Source of the DNA: Acidobacteriota bacterium | GTDB taxonomy: Bacteria > Acidobacteriota > UBA6911 > RPQK01 > JAJDTT01 | Reading direction: 5' to 3' | Assembly (NCBI GenBank): GCA_047514575.1 | Contig: JAKZYH010000197.1 | Location: 1-54,842 of the forward strand | DNA: 54,842 nt | In this document: positions 18,524 to 27,710 of the stretch, one piece after another | How the letters are laid out: each line of letters starts with the position of its first letter | How positions within the stretch are numbered: position 1 is the first letter of the stretch | Notes under the pieces: model-generated | What the model was told of the DNA's origin: nothing | The model's database searches: none | Seen by the model: only the letters and a program-made list of their open reading frames with translations | Program-made: the position numbers and the translations under genes

Positions 18524-19573
18524 CTAGTTGAGTAGCCCTTTCTCCCGCACGAGCTCGGCGTTGAGAATGGAGGCTCCAGCCGCTCCCCGAATCGTATTGT
18601 GTCCCAGGACAACGTACTTGATGTCCAGAACTGAGCAGGGACGGGTGCGTCCTACCAGGGAGCTCATGCCCCCATACTTCCAGACGTCTAGCCGCGGCTG
18701 CGGACGGTTATTGTCTCGAAATACGACGACCGGATCCCGAGGAGCCGAAGGTAGATTGAGCTCCTGTGGAGGGCCTCTGAACTCCTCCCACGTGGCAATG
18801 ACATCCTCTACCGAAGCCTTCGTCCTGAGGCGCAGGGAAACGCACTCCAGATGACCTTCTTCGACAGACACCCGGTTGGCCTGGGCGCTTACGGTAAACT
18901 CAGCGGGGCTAAAGGAGCCATTCTCCAGGTCCCCTAGCATTTTCTGGGTTTCTGTCTCGATCTTGTCTTCCTCTCCTGAGATAAAAGGGAGTACATTGCC
19001 CAGGATGTCGAGCGACGGAACACCGGGGTAGCCAGCGCCGGAGATTGCTTGAAAAGTCACGACCTGGACCAGCTCAAGCCCGAATCGCCGGTGCAGCGGG
19101 CCGAGGCTTAGGGCGAGAACGATGGACGAGCAATTGGCGTTGCTGACCAGAGCACCGCTCCAGTCGTGGTTCTTACGCTGCCTTGGAATAATGTCCAGGT
19201 GATCGGTATTGAGTTCCGGGATGAGGAGCGGAACATCCGGGTCCATCCGGTGATTCCTCGCATTCGAGAAGACCCAGTATCCTTTGCTTGCAAAATCGGT
19301 CTCAACTTCGCCGGCTACCGAAGAGTCCAAGCCGGAGAAAACGATGGGGCAGTCCAGGTTGGCTTCGCACTTCCTCACCTCGAGTGCCGAGGCTGCCTCA
19401 GGCATGGGAGCTCCCTGTTTCCAGGAAACGATATCCCCGTAGCGATGACCCGCCGACCGCTCGGATGCCGCCAGTTCCCGAAGCTCGAACCAGGGATGGT
19501 CGGCAAGCAGCAGCACGAATTTCTGACCTACTGCTCCCGTAGCTCCCAAAACGCCTACCGGTATCCTGCTCAC
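18524..19573 (-). CDS. asd: aspartate-semialdehyde dehydrogenase
   Basis: GVLGATGAVGQ NAD motif and active-site SNANCSS. Start is set at GTG 19573 (AGGAGA upstream), giving about 350 aa. Confidence 0.9.
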   Translation of the reverse strand: MSRIPVGVLGATGAVGQKFVLLLADHPWFELRELAASERSAGHRYGDIVSWKQGAPMPEAASALEVRKCEANLDCPIVFSGLDSSVAGEVETDFASKGYWVFSNARNHRMDPDVPLLIPELNTDHLDIIPRQRKNHDWSGALVSNANCSSIVLALSLGPLHRRFGLELVQVVTFQAISGAGYPGVPSLDILGNVLPFISGEEDKIETETQKMLGDLENGSFSPAEFTVSAQANRVSVEEGHLECVSLRLRTKASVEDVIATWEEFRGPPQELNLPSAPRDPVVVFRDNNRPQPRLDVWKYGGMSSLVGRTRPCSVLDIKYVVLGHNTIRGAAGASILNAELVREKGLLN

Positions 19574-20648
19574 AATTCTCCTCTTGGTTGAGTCTATTGC
19601 CTCAGGGCTCACCCGCTCATGCGAGCTCCTGGCACTAGAAGGGAAGCAGGTAAGATCGACCAACCCCCTCGTGGAACACGCGACTATAACATCGGGGGCG
19701 CCGCCTATGGAAGGCAGCCGAGCTCTCTGGCGATTGCGATTGGGGATGTATCGGAGGGAAAAACCAACCTTTTCGTGCTTCGCCTAAAAGGACGAAGGAA
19801 AAAAATGTCCCAAGTGATATTCACAGCTTCCCGCGCACCCTCAAGAGTGGTCTCTCCCGATCCGAATCGGACCAGTTTCTCCACTCATGCGGGCGAACCC
19901 CGGTTGCCCCGAAATCGGCTTACCCCCTAGGAGGGTTCGCTTTTCCCCGGGCGCGAGGTCCCTTGCCTATCAGGCTCGTCTCTTTCCAGGCTCCTCGGAT
20001 AACCGTCTCACCTGGCCAGGGAATCTTGCCCGACCGACAACCGCTTGTCCCGAAGCAACCAGGTCACAAACCTAGTAGCCTTGCCCGAAGGCATCGTCCA
20101 CTCTGTCTGCTCCCCGTAAAGGAGCCACACCAGCTTACGCTAGTGCTTGAACCCGCCCCATGCTCGCCGTCCGCTGTGCTTCCTGGCCGAAGCCCCTCAG
20201 CCGCTTCTAACAAGCATCCGGTGCCGCCTCGGGATGTCCACTGTGTCTACCCCTTGGGACAAGGAGAATTGTATCCCGCTGGTGAGCTTGAACAAGGAGA
20301 AAAAGTCGAAAAATGTCGCGCACAGTCTTTGTGCGAATAGAGGTATTCGGGTTATCTGTCGGCAATATCGTTCGTTCGCGAACTATTCTCACAGCTTATC
20401 CACAGTTTCTTCCACACCGCTTGAAGAGGAACTCTACCCTCCGTTCTCCAGATCCTGCTTTTGCAATTGTTTTTTTCATCGATTTGGCCGGTATCCGAAC
20501 CCACTTTTTTACGAGCTGATCTCGGGAGTGTGAGTGCTTTGGCGGATCTTACGGGGGCCATTGCCGATTCAGTCCTGCGACCGTCCCATGGCACTCCGGT
20601 GAAGGATCCTAGCGGAAACCCGAGACCCGCAACACCACCAGGTCAATA
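19574..20648 (-). ncRNA. candidate structured RNA or decayed locus (unclassified), ORF-free gap
   Basis: 1,075 nt without a credible ORF. The minus strand reads G-rich with nested helices (8 bp: 19893-19900/19933-19940; 6 bp: 19845-19850/19881-19886) and C(UUCG)G-type tetraloop hairpins (20082-20093, 20186-20195). Confidence 0.3.
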
Positions 20649-23105
20649 TCAGAAGTTGGCGATCTGCTGTGATCTGGGCGGGATGGGGTCTTTGGGAATG
20701 TGTGAGGTCGGATTGTCTTTATTCGGCCAACGCACTTTTTCCAGCACCCGGGTCACGTCGTTCAGCCTGAGAGGCTTCGTCAACACGGCGCTGAAACCAT
20801 GGTCCTCATATCTGGCCATCACGGGATCACTGGAATAACCACTGGACACGATGGCTCTAACGGTAGGATCGATCGCCAGCAGTTCCTGGATTGCTTCTTT
20901 TCCCCCCATTCCGCCCGGAATGGTCAGATCCATGATGACTGCGTCGAAGCTGAGCCCCTGCTCCAGGGTCTCCCGATAAAGAGCAATTGCCTCCACCCCG
21001 TCTCTGGCGAAAGATACGTCGTAGCCAAGCTCTTTCAAGAGCTCTCCCAAGGCTTCCCTGATCATATCCTCGTCATCCATCACCAGGATGCGGCCCTCTC
21101 CAACCGGTCCCAACTCTTCCGTGGCGGGGAGTGGCTGGTCCTGCTCGATCTGGGCGACCGTATTCTCAGACGCGGGCACGTAGAACGTGAACTCCGTCCC
21201 TGCGTCTACTTCGCTTTCCACCGAGATGTATCCGCCGTGACGTTGAATAATGGAATAGGTGCCGGCAAGCCCAAGTCCGTGGCCCTCTTCTTTGGTGGTG
21301 AAGTAAGGGTCGAAGATGCGAGGGAGGATGTCGGCAGGGATTCCAATGCCTTCGTCTTCGACGGAGATCTTGACATAGCGTCCGGAGGCCAATTCTCCCA
21401 CTCTGTTCTGACTCGTCATGTGAACGTTTCCGGCGAGAAGGGTGATGGTGCCTCCCTGAGGCATGGCTTGCTCTGCATTGATGACCAGATTGTTGATTAC
21501 CTGGTTGATCTGACCCGGATCAATCTCAGCAGTCCAGAGGTCGTCCTCGATGAGGCAGTTGCACTTGATCTTCGATCCCCGCAACACGAAACGTGTGGAT
21601 TCTTCCAACAACTGGCTGATCGATGCCGACTTGGTGATGGGTGCTCCGCCCTTGGCGAATGTGAGGAGTTGATGGGTCAAGGTGGTAGCAAGTTGGGTAG
21701 CCTCCTCAATGCTGGAAAAGTGTTGCGAAGGGTCATCCCCCCTCGCCCAATTCCGCCGGGCCAACTGGGTCTTCAGGACGATTCCGGTCAGAATGTTGTT
21801 GAAGTCGTGTGCAATGCCTCCGGCCAGGACGCCAAGTGACTCCAACTTCTGACCCTTCAGCAGTTCCTCTTCCATGCTGAGCTGGTCGGTAATGTCACGA
21901 AATACGAGTACGACGCCTAGGGTGGCTCCACTCTGATCGCGTATCGGAGCGCCCGTCAGCGAGATGCGTCTCCTGGTCCCGTCGCTGGAGATGATGGTCG
22001 TCTCCTCGGTATCCAGTGAGAGGACCACTCCCTTTTTGAGGACCTGTGCCACCGTGTCTTCGCAGGGCTGCAGCGTCCTTCCGTTGATTGCATGGAAGAC
22101 CTCTTTAAGCGGGTGACCGGCGGCCTTCACCTGTCTCCAGCCGGTGAGGTCCTCCGCTACCTGGTTCAAGAGCGAGATCCTTCCCGAAGTATCGGTGGTG
22201 ATTACACCATCTCCGATACTACGCAGTGTAACCGTGAGACGCTCCTTTTCTTCTGCCAGCTCGTTGGTGCGCTCCTGAACCCTGGTTTCCAGCTCTTCCT
22301 TGGCTTTCTTAAGGGCTTTCTCTGCCACAATCTTCTTGTCCAACAGCTGGTTGACTTCGTCGAGGTGTTGCTGAGTCTGGTTGATACGCTGCCGATTCAT
22401 CTTGTAGGCGTAATAGAGCAGCAAGATGATGGGTGATGCGATGGCGAGGCCATATAGCTCGAAGCGTCCAAAGTAGACGAAGACCAGACCACCCAGGCAG
22501 GCGCCTGCCACGTGGGTTAGCGAAGCCCAGACGAAGTTGCGTTTCCACAAATCCAAGAGGGGCTGTCCGGTCACGGAAGAGATCGCCACAGCGACCATAG
22601 AGGTGTTGAGGCCGAAGTAAAGCAGCCCGGCGGCTCCAACCTTGGCCATCAAGAGGGTCACATCCTGGATTTCGCTGGGGTCCAAAGGCGCGGTTCTGTT
22701 CTCGAAAAAGTAGAAACCCGAACCGACGATGTAAGCAGCCAGAGCCAGTTGGTTGGTGTTGAAGAGCTGCTTGTAGAGGTGCTTGATCTTAGCCCTGAAG
22801 TTGGTGGTCACCCCCTCACAGACAGCGACGACCGCCGCAATCTCGGGTCCATAGAGGAGAATTGCTGCGAAAATAAACACGTCACTTACGGTGACTGACA
22901 AAGACTCCTTCTCCCCCTTGACGAGCGGGATGACGACAGGAAAGTAACTTCCCCAGGCTGCTACGGCAGCCAGGAAGATCCAGTTTAGATTCGGATGTTG
23001 AAGGGAGTGGACCAAACAGACGCCGATGAGGGGTAGACCCGCAAGCACCACAGTCAGGATATAGACCCTGGCTCTGAGTGGTAGGGGGTCAACAAAGAAT
23101 TTCAT
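20649..23105 (-). CDS. hybrid sensor histidine kinase / response regulator (membrane N-domain, coiled coil, PAS, HisKA, HATPase_c, REC)
   Basis: 818 aa. About 8 hydrophobic segments, a PAS-like segment (TLRSIGDGVITTD...VFRDIT), H-box GGIAHDFNNIL, N/G boxes (NLVINAEQAM, DEGIGI, GHGLGL), and C-terminal REC (ILVMDDE...VIMDLTIPGGMGG). Confidence 0.9.
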   Translation of the reverse strand: MKFFVDPLPLRARVYILTVVLAGLPLIGVCLVHSLQHPNLNWIFLAAVAAWGSYFPVVIPLVKGEKESLSVTVSDVFIFAAILLYGPEIAAVVAVCEGVTTNFRAKIKHLYKQLFNTNQLALAAYIVGSGFYFFENRTAPLDPSEIQDVTLLMAKVGAAGLLYFGLNTSMVAVAISSVTGQPLLDLWKRNFVWASLTHVAGACLGGLVFVYFGRFELYGLAIASPIILLLYYAYKMNRQRINQTQQHLDEVNQLLDKKIVAEKALKKAKEELETRVQERTNELAEEKERLTVTLRSIGDGVITTDTSGRISLLNQVAEDLTGWRQVKAAGHPLKEVFHAINGRTLQPCEDTVAQVLKKGVVLSLDTEETTIISSDGTRRRISLTGAPIRDQSGATLGVVLVFRDITDQLSMEEELLKGQKLESLGVLAGGIAHDFNNILTGIVLKTQLARRNWARGDDPSQHFSSIEEATQLATTLTHQLLTFAKGGAPITKSASISQLLEESTRFVLRGSKIKCNCLIEDDLWTAEIDPGQINQVINNLVINAEQAMPQGGTITLLAGNVHMTSQNRVGELASGRYVKISVEDEGIGIPADILPRIFDPYFTTKEEGHGLGLAGTYSIIQRHGGYISVESEVDAGTEFTFYVPASENTVAQIEQDQPLPATEELGPVGEGRILVMDDEDMIREALGELLKELGYDVSFARDGVEAIALYRETLEQGLSFDAVIMDLTIPGGMGGKEAIQELLAIDPTVRAIVSSGYSSDPVMARYEDHGFSAVLTKPLRLNDVTRVLEKVRWPNKDNPTSHIPKDPIPPRSQQIANF

Positions 23106-23344
23106 GGTCTGCTACGCTCAGTCGACTGTACCGCCTCGCTCCAGCTCAGTGCTGACGTGAGTTAGGGGCGACTGCTACACCGTGGCTAAGTTTCCTGGCT
23201 TGGTAGTTCGACCCCTATTTCCCCCTTCTATCTCTTTCGGTTTGGCCCCGATTGAACTTTAGTTCGCGTCCCGGCGGTGCTCGGATGGAAAGAGACTTCG
23301 AAGTACTTGTTGAGGATTCTCAAGAGGGAATCAAATTGGAGGTC

Positions 23345-23389
23345 AATCCCAACGGGATTGCGTCTTGTTCCCAGGGTTTCCCAACCCCT
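23345..23389. repeat. REP-like hairpin element (degenerate copy of 18382-18429)
   Basis: AATCCC-AAC-GGGATT GCG...CCCAGGGTTTCCCAACCCCT is collinear with the asd-lysC element. Confidence 0.7.
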
Positions 23390-23411
23390 CGCTCGCGCTT
23401 CAGGCTTCCTC

Positions 23412-23510
23412 AATTTTCGAATTAATGGGCGTCCTGGGGTGTGGGTTTCCACTGAAGTTTCAGGCTAGTACTTCCCCAGCGGAGCTGCCCCATTCGAGAA
23501 GAAACTTTGG
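23412..23510. repeat. inverted pair of ~55-nt TCGAATG..CTGAAAC repeat units
   Basis: The reverse complement of 23450-23510 reads CCAAAGTTTCTTCTCGAATGGGGCAGCTCCGCTGGGGAAGTACTAGCCTGAAACTTCAGTG and matches 54507-54565. A degenerate plus-orientation unit occupies 23412-23460. Confidence 0.7.
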
Positions 23511-23512
23511 CC

Positions 23513-23655
23513 GAGGATAGGCGATATCGTGCGTCACTCCGTGGGGAAGGTCACTCCGTGGGGAAGGTCACTCCGTGGGGAAGAGTTGTCCAGCTCTCTC
23601 CTCGGAACCTGGGCTCATTTTGCTAACGGCTCAAGTCGTGCGCGGCTCTGTCGGA
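23513..23655 (+). repeat. interspersed ~110-nt repeat, copy B (with 17-bp tandem triplication)
   Basis: Collinear with 10706-10814 but carries three tandem GTCACTCCGTGGGGAAG units. Confidence 0.8.
23533..23583 (+). repeat. perfect 17-bp tandem repeat x3 (GTCACTCCGTGGGGAAG)
   Basis: Units at 23533-23549, 23550-23566 and 23567-23583. Copy A of the element has one unit. Confidence 0.9.
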
Positions 23656-23757
23656 CTTGGTTTCGTAGGGCTGGTAGTTCAACCGTTGGCGGCACCTTCG
23701 GAGGACAGGAGACGTTCGGACGTTCGGACGTGCGACGAATTCTTGAAGTTTCAGGCC

Positions 23758-23790
23758 AGTACCAGGTCACTACATCTGTGACCTGGTACT
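23758..23790 (-). terminator. 13-bp perfect hairpin abutting the CRTAC1 stop codon (no U-tract)
   Basis: AGTACCAGGTCAC-TACATCT-GTGACCTGGTACT. The right arm overlaps the stop codon by 2 nt. With no T-run it is not a canonical intrinsic terminator. Confidence 0.3.
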
Positions 23791-26164
23791 AGAACTTCAA
23801 GCGCTTCAGGGGCAACTTCGTGTAGCCCTCTTTGCCTTCGACGATCTGAATGACCTGGGCTGGAGGTGGGTTCATCAGGACCTGTGTCTTGCCGGTGCGA
23901 GGCCAGAAAATCTCCAGCAGCTGTGCAGATTCTGCCTTTCCCAGCCCGAATGTCTGTCGAAGGGGGTTGGCTCCGAAACTGCCTCCGCTGTTGATGTGGC
24001 GGTAGATCGATCGCGTTAAACCGTTTTCCTCGATCTGGACCCGGATTCGGGCCCCGATGGCGGATCGATTGGATTGCTGTCCCACCAATTGGACTGCCAT
24101 CCAGTTATTGCCCATTCCCGGGTTCTCATAGAGGGCGTCGCTGAAGGCGTCTCCAGGAAAGGCTCCTCCCATCTGTTCAAAGACGTCCAGATCCCCGTCA
24201 CTGTCCAGGTCGGCAAAAACGACGCCGTGGCCTTTCTGCAAGTGGGCAAAGCCCCCTGATACGGAGACATCGGCGAATCTCTGGCCGCCTTGGTTCGAGA
24301 ACATGAGATTGGGGACGATGCTGGCGTAGGACGGATCGCCGGTCCCGAGATAGAAATCCAGATAACCATCATTGTCCAGATCTCCGAAGTTGGAACCCAT
24401 GGGCTGCATTGGCACGCCCAGGCCGCGCTGTTCGGCTACCTCGCGAAAGCCCCCCTGGCCGTCTCCCTCGTAGAGGCAGGCTTTCTCGAAGCGGGGGGGA
24501 AGGCCCAGGCGATGGGCAGCCTGGTGGGCGATATGTCCCCCGTAGCTGGAGACAAACAAGTCAAGGGCGCCGTCGTTGTTGTAGTCCCAGAACCAGACGG
24601 GGAAGCTGCTTTTGGGGTGGGCTACACCCAATTGCGACGTGACGTCCTCGAAGGTCCCATTTCCTCGATTCCGGTAGAGACGGTTCAACTCGGAAAAGTT
24701 GGAGACATAGAGATCGGGGAAGCGATCCCCGTCGTAGTCTCCCCAAGAGACCCCTTTGGTGAAACCGTGGCCCTTCACCCCTGCCTCTGAGGCGACGTCA
24801 CGGAAGGTGCCGTCGCCTTGATTCTGGAACAGTTGCCAAGGAGACCGCAGCTCGTTGTCCGACTCGTTGCCGATGAACAGGTCCAGGTCGCCATCGTTGT
24901 CGTAGTCGGCCCAGTCCGCAGTCTGAGTGGGGTAGGAGACCTCGGCCAATCCCGCCTCGAAGGTGACATCTTCGAAAGTACCATCACCCCGGTTCCGCAA
25001 AAGCGAGTTTGGATCCCGGCCCTGCATACCAGCCCAGGCACCCCGCAGTACCAGGATGTCCGTGTTGCCGTCGTTGTCATAGTCGGCCTGTAAGAGGTTC
25101 AGACCTCCTAGCAATCCTTCTAGTCCCGCCTGCTGGGTGCGGTCTGAGAAAGTGCCGTCCGCGTTGTTGCGGAACAGGTGCATAGGCCCCGAAGTGTCCC
25201 AGCTGGAGGTAACGATATCCAGGTCTCCGTCGCCATCGAAGTCTTCAACGATCGCCCCCCCAGCCAGGTTGAAAGTGCCTAAGTCCAGCTTCATCGCTAT
25301 ATTGGGAAAGTGCGGAAACGGTACCTCGGATTCGAAAGTTGACGACGGAATCCGGTACTGCTCGGGTACCTGGTCGGGGTATTGATCCAGAGTCATGTGG
25401 GCGATATTCAGAAGCCAAAGGGCCGGGAGTTTGAAGCCGGAGAGAGCCGCCGTAGATGAGTTCTCCAGGATCTCAGTGAAGTATTTGGTCGCCTTGGTGG
25501 AGCCCTCCCTCAGGGTATGGATTCCTCCTCCTCGGAGAGGGAGAATGCAGCTTTCGGCGTTGTGCTGGAGGGCGCAGTTCTGGGTCTCTCCCAGGCGCAT
25601 GTATCCTACCCCAAGCTCGAAGATAGTCTCGTTCACTTTGGTTTTCTGAATATGGGGCCGGATCGTGGGCAGGAGCCTGTAGGCGGCCAGGAGGTGGTCT
25701 ATCCCCGCTTGCTCCCTACCCATGCGCAATTCGGTCATCCCGAGTTCGAGCAGGACTTTCCAGCGGTTGAGGTCCCCCCAGTATTCCGGAGTCGTCACTT
25801 CCGAGGAGCGTGCCTCCAGGTCGGCCAACGCCTCGCTCAGGCTGCGAATTCGCCCCAGTCCCATGTAAGGATGATCCTCCTTACTCCGCACGGCGATCTC
25901 GTGTAGGACCTGGATCATTCGTTGATGTCCGGGACCTGCCTCGGAAGTTCCGGTTCCGGATGGTTTGTGAGTGGCGTCTTCGTGTTTGTGTTTGTGGTGG
26001 GTGTGGCTGGTTTTGGAATCCTGGGAGGTGTGAGTTGGGAGGGAGGAGGATAGTTCCGGCTTAGACGCGAACAGAGGTAGCGCTGGTGCAACGGTCAGCA
26101 AGACAGATACAAGCAGCCAGGCTGTTACGCTCACGAAGGCAAGTCGAGAAAAGCTCCCACTCAT
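23789..26164 (-). CDS. CRTAC1-family protein (TPR-like N-region, FG-GAP/VCBS repeats, ASPIC/UnbV C-domain), secreted
   Basis: Signal peptide. Repeated DxDxDGxxD motifs (DFDGDGDLD, DYDNDGNTD, DYDNDGDLD, DLDNDGYLD, DLDSDGDLD). C-terminal RSAIGARIRV...INSGGSFGANPLRQTFGLG. Confidence 0.85.
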   Translation of the reverse strand: MSGSFSRLAFVSVTAWLLVSVLLTVAPALPLFASKPELSSSLPTHTSQDSKTSHTHHKHKHEDATHKPSGTGTSEAGPGHQRMIQVLHEIAVRSKEDHPYMGLGRIRSLSEALADLEARSSEVTTPEYWGDLNRWKVLLELGMTELRMGREQAGIDHLLAAYRLLPTIRPHIQKTKVNETIFELGVGYMRLGETQNCALQHNAESCILPLRGGGIHTLREGSTKATKYFTEILENSSTAALSGFKLPALWLLNIAHMTLDQYPDQVPEQYRIPSSTFESEVPFPHFPNIAMKLDLGTFNLAGGAIVEDFDGDGDLDIVTSSWDTSGPMHLFRNNADGTFSDRTQQAGLEGLLGGLNLLQADYDNDGNTDILVLRGAWAGMQGRDPNSLLRNRGDGTFEDVTFEAGLAEVSYPTQTADWADYDNDGDLDLFIGNESDNELRSPWQLFQNQGDGTFRDVASEAGVKGHGFTKGVSWGDYDGDRFPDLYVSNFSELNRLYRNRGNGTFEDVTSQLGVAHPKSSFPVWFWDYNNDGALDLFVSSYGGHIAHQAAHRLGLPPRFEKACLYEGDGQGGFREVAEQRGLGVPMQPMGSNFGDLDNDGYLDFYLGTGDPSYASIVPNLMFSNQGGQRFADVSVSGGFAHLQKGHGVVFADLDSDGDLDVFEQMGGAFPGDAFSDALYENPGMGNNWMAVQLVGQQSNRSAIGARIRVQIEENGLTRSIYRHINSGGSFGANPLRQTFGLGKAESAQLLEIFWPRTGKTQVLMNPPPAQVIQIVEGKEGYTKLPLKRLKF

Positions 26165-26228
26165 CTTTGACCGGCCTCACGGCACTCAGGTTGGGGTAGC
26201 AGGTGCACCATTTCAGAAATATGAAATC

Positions 26229-27701
26229 CTAGGTCAGGATCTCCTTCACAACCCGAGCCGGGAACTCGTCGGTCAGCCTCTCGCTACGGCCTTCACGGTG
26301 GTAGACCAATTCCCGGTGGTTCATGCCCAGCTGGTGAAGAATGGTAGCGTGGAAGTCGTGAACACTGACCCGGTCTTCGACTGCCTTGTACCCGATCTCG
26401 TCGGTGGATCCAAAAACAGTACCGCCTTTGACTCCGCCTCCAGCCAACCAGACCGTGAAGCCGGTTGGGCCGTGATCGCGTCCCGAGTCGGACCCGATCC
26501 TGGACTGCGCCAAGGGGAGTCGACCGAACTCACCTCCCCAAACTAGCAAGGTCGAATCTAGCAGACCTCGTTGCTTGAGGTCCTGGATCAGTCCGGCTAT
26601 CGGTTGGTCGGTCTTCGCGCAAGCGTACTTGAGCCCTCCTACCAGATCGCTGTGGTTGTCCCAGATCTGACCTTCTATGTAAAGCTGCACGACGCGGACA
26701 CCTCGTTCGATGAGGCGCCGAGCCATGAGGCAGCGACCTCCATAAGATGCCGTATGCTCTTGATCGAGGCCGTACATCTCCCGCGTAGCAGGGGTTTCCT
26801 GAGACAGGTCCAGTGCGTCGCTAGCCGTCAGTTGCATCCGTGCTGCCAACTCGTAGTTGGTGATGCGGGCTCCCAGGTCAGGTTGATCGGGGCGTTGATC
26901 TCGATGCTCGTGATCCATCCGGGACAAGAGCGACCGGGCCAGCTCCAGCACTGGCGCCGGGTACTCCTGCTTCGCCTTCAAATTCAGCAGCGGCGAGCCC
27001 TCTGAGCGTACCCGAGTGCCTTGGTAGATTGGAGGCAGCCAACCTGATTGCCAGTTCTGGATGTGGTTGATGGGTAGTCCCTTGGGATCGTCCAGGACAA
27101 CGTAGGCCGGTAGGTTCTGATTCTCGCTTCCTAGACCATAGACGACCCAGGATCCAATCGTGGGACGGCTCGAGAACTGGCGTCCGCTCTGCATCATGAA
27201 GATGCTTGGCTCGTGGTTGAAGTGTGGGGTGAACATAGATCGGATCAACGCGATGTCGTCAGCATGTCGGGTTAGATGAGGCATCGCTTCCGAAATCTCG
27301 ACGCCGGACTTTCCGTGGTGGGCGAACTTGAAGGGTGATGGCATGAATCCGCCGGCTTCGTTGATGAACTCGATGTCGTTTGCCAGGTCGCGGCCGGGTG
27401 GTTTTCCCGCGTACTTTTCGAGTGACGGTTTGGGGTCGAATAGGTCCACCTGACTGGGACCGCCGTTCATGAAGAACTGAATGACGGAGGTGGCCTTCGG
27501 CCGTAGGTGCGGCTCACGTGGCCTTAAGTCGTGGACCCTCTCTGCGGGAGCCGCCCAGACGGGACTAGTGGAGAAGAGGTCGTCTCCCAGCAGGTAGGCC
27601 AGCGCGGCCCCGTACAGACCATCCCCGACCTGGGAGAAAAAGGTGCGACGTGTCCCAATCTTGCCTTCGGCGGAAGTAGTATCGATGGGCTTCATATTCA
27701 T
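26229..27701 (-). CDS. DUF1501 domain protein (sulfatase-like, Tat-type signal)
   Basis: TRRTFFSQVG twin-arginine-like N-terminus and the conserved VWGGEFGRLP motif. It follows a DUF1553 gene, as in the usual pairing. Confidence 0.85.
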   Translation of the reverse strand: MNMKPIDTTSAEGKIGTRRTFFSQVGDGLYGAALAYLLGDDLFSTSPVWAAPAERVHDLRPREPHLRPKATSVIQFFMNGGPSQVDLFDPKPSLEKYAGKPPGRDLANDIEFINEAGGFMPSPFKFAHHGKSGVEISEAMPHLTRHADDIALIRSMFTPHFNHEPSIFMMQSGRQFSSRPTIGSWVVYGLGSENQNLPAYVVLDDPKGLPINHIQNWQSGWLPPIYQGTRVRSEGSPLLNLKAKQEYPAPVLELARSLLSRMDHEHRDQRPDQPDLGARITNYELAARMQLTASDALDLSQETPATREMYGLDQEHTASYGGRCLMARRLIERGVRVVQLYIEGQIWDNHSDLVGGLKYACAKTDQPIAGLIQDLKQRGLLDSTLLVWGGEFGRLPLAQSRIGSDSGRDHGPTGFTVWLAGGGVKGGTVFGSTDEIGYKAVEDRVSVHDFHATILHQLGMNHRELVYHREGRSERLTDEFPARVVKEILT

Positions 27702-27710
27702 GCCATTCAG

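Noticed and set aside
19574-19800. Lysine riboswitch (L-box) in front of the asd-lysC operon
   Set aside because: I looked on the minus strand for the conserved AGAGGCGC / AGTAA / GCCGAAG / CTGTCA blocks. Only a vague ATAGGCGGCGCC was found, so there is no support.
19574-20648. RNase P RNA, tmRNA, SRP RNA or group II intron in the ORF-free gap
   Set aside because: I found no GAGGAAAGTCCGG or ACAGAA.CCGGCTTA (RNase P) and no tRNA-like ..TTCGA.TCC..CCACCA end or tag ORF (tmRNA). GGC-TTCG-GCC-AGGAAGCA only superficially resembles SRP helix 8 and lacks the invariant GGAAGCAGC context. There is no domain V-like sequence. It is kept only as an unclassified candidate.
20799-21839. 346-aa plus-strand ORF
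   Set aside because: It is antisense to the hybrid histidine kinase (H, N, G boxes and REC on the minus strand). It is a shadow ORF.
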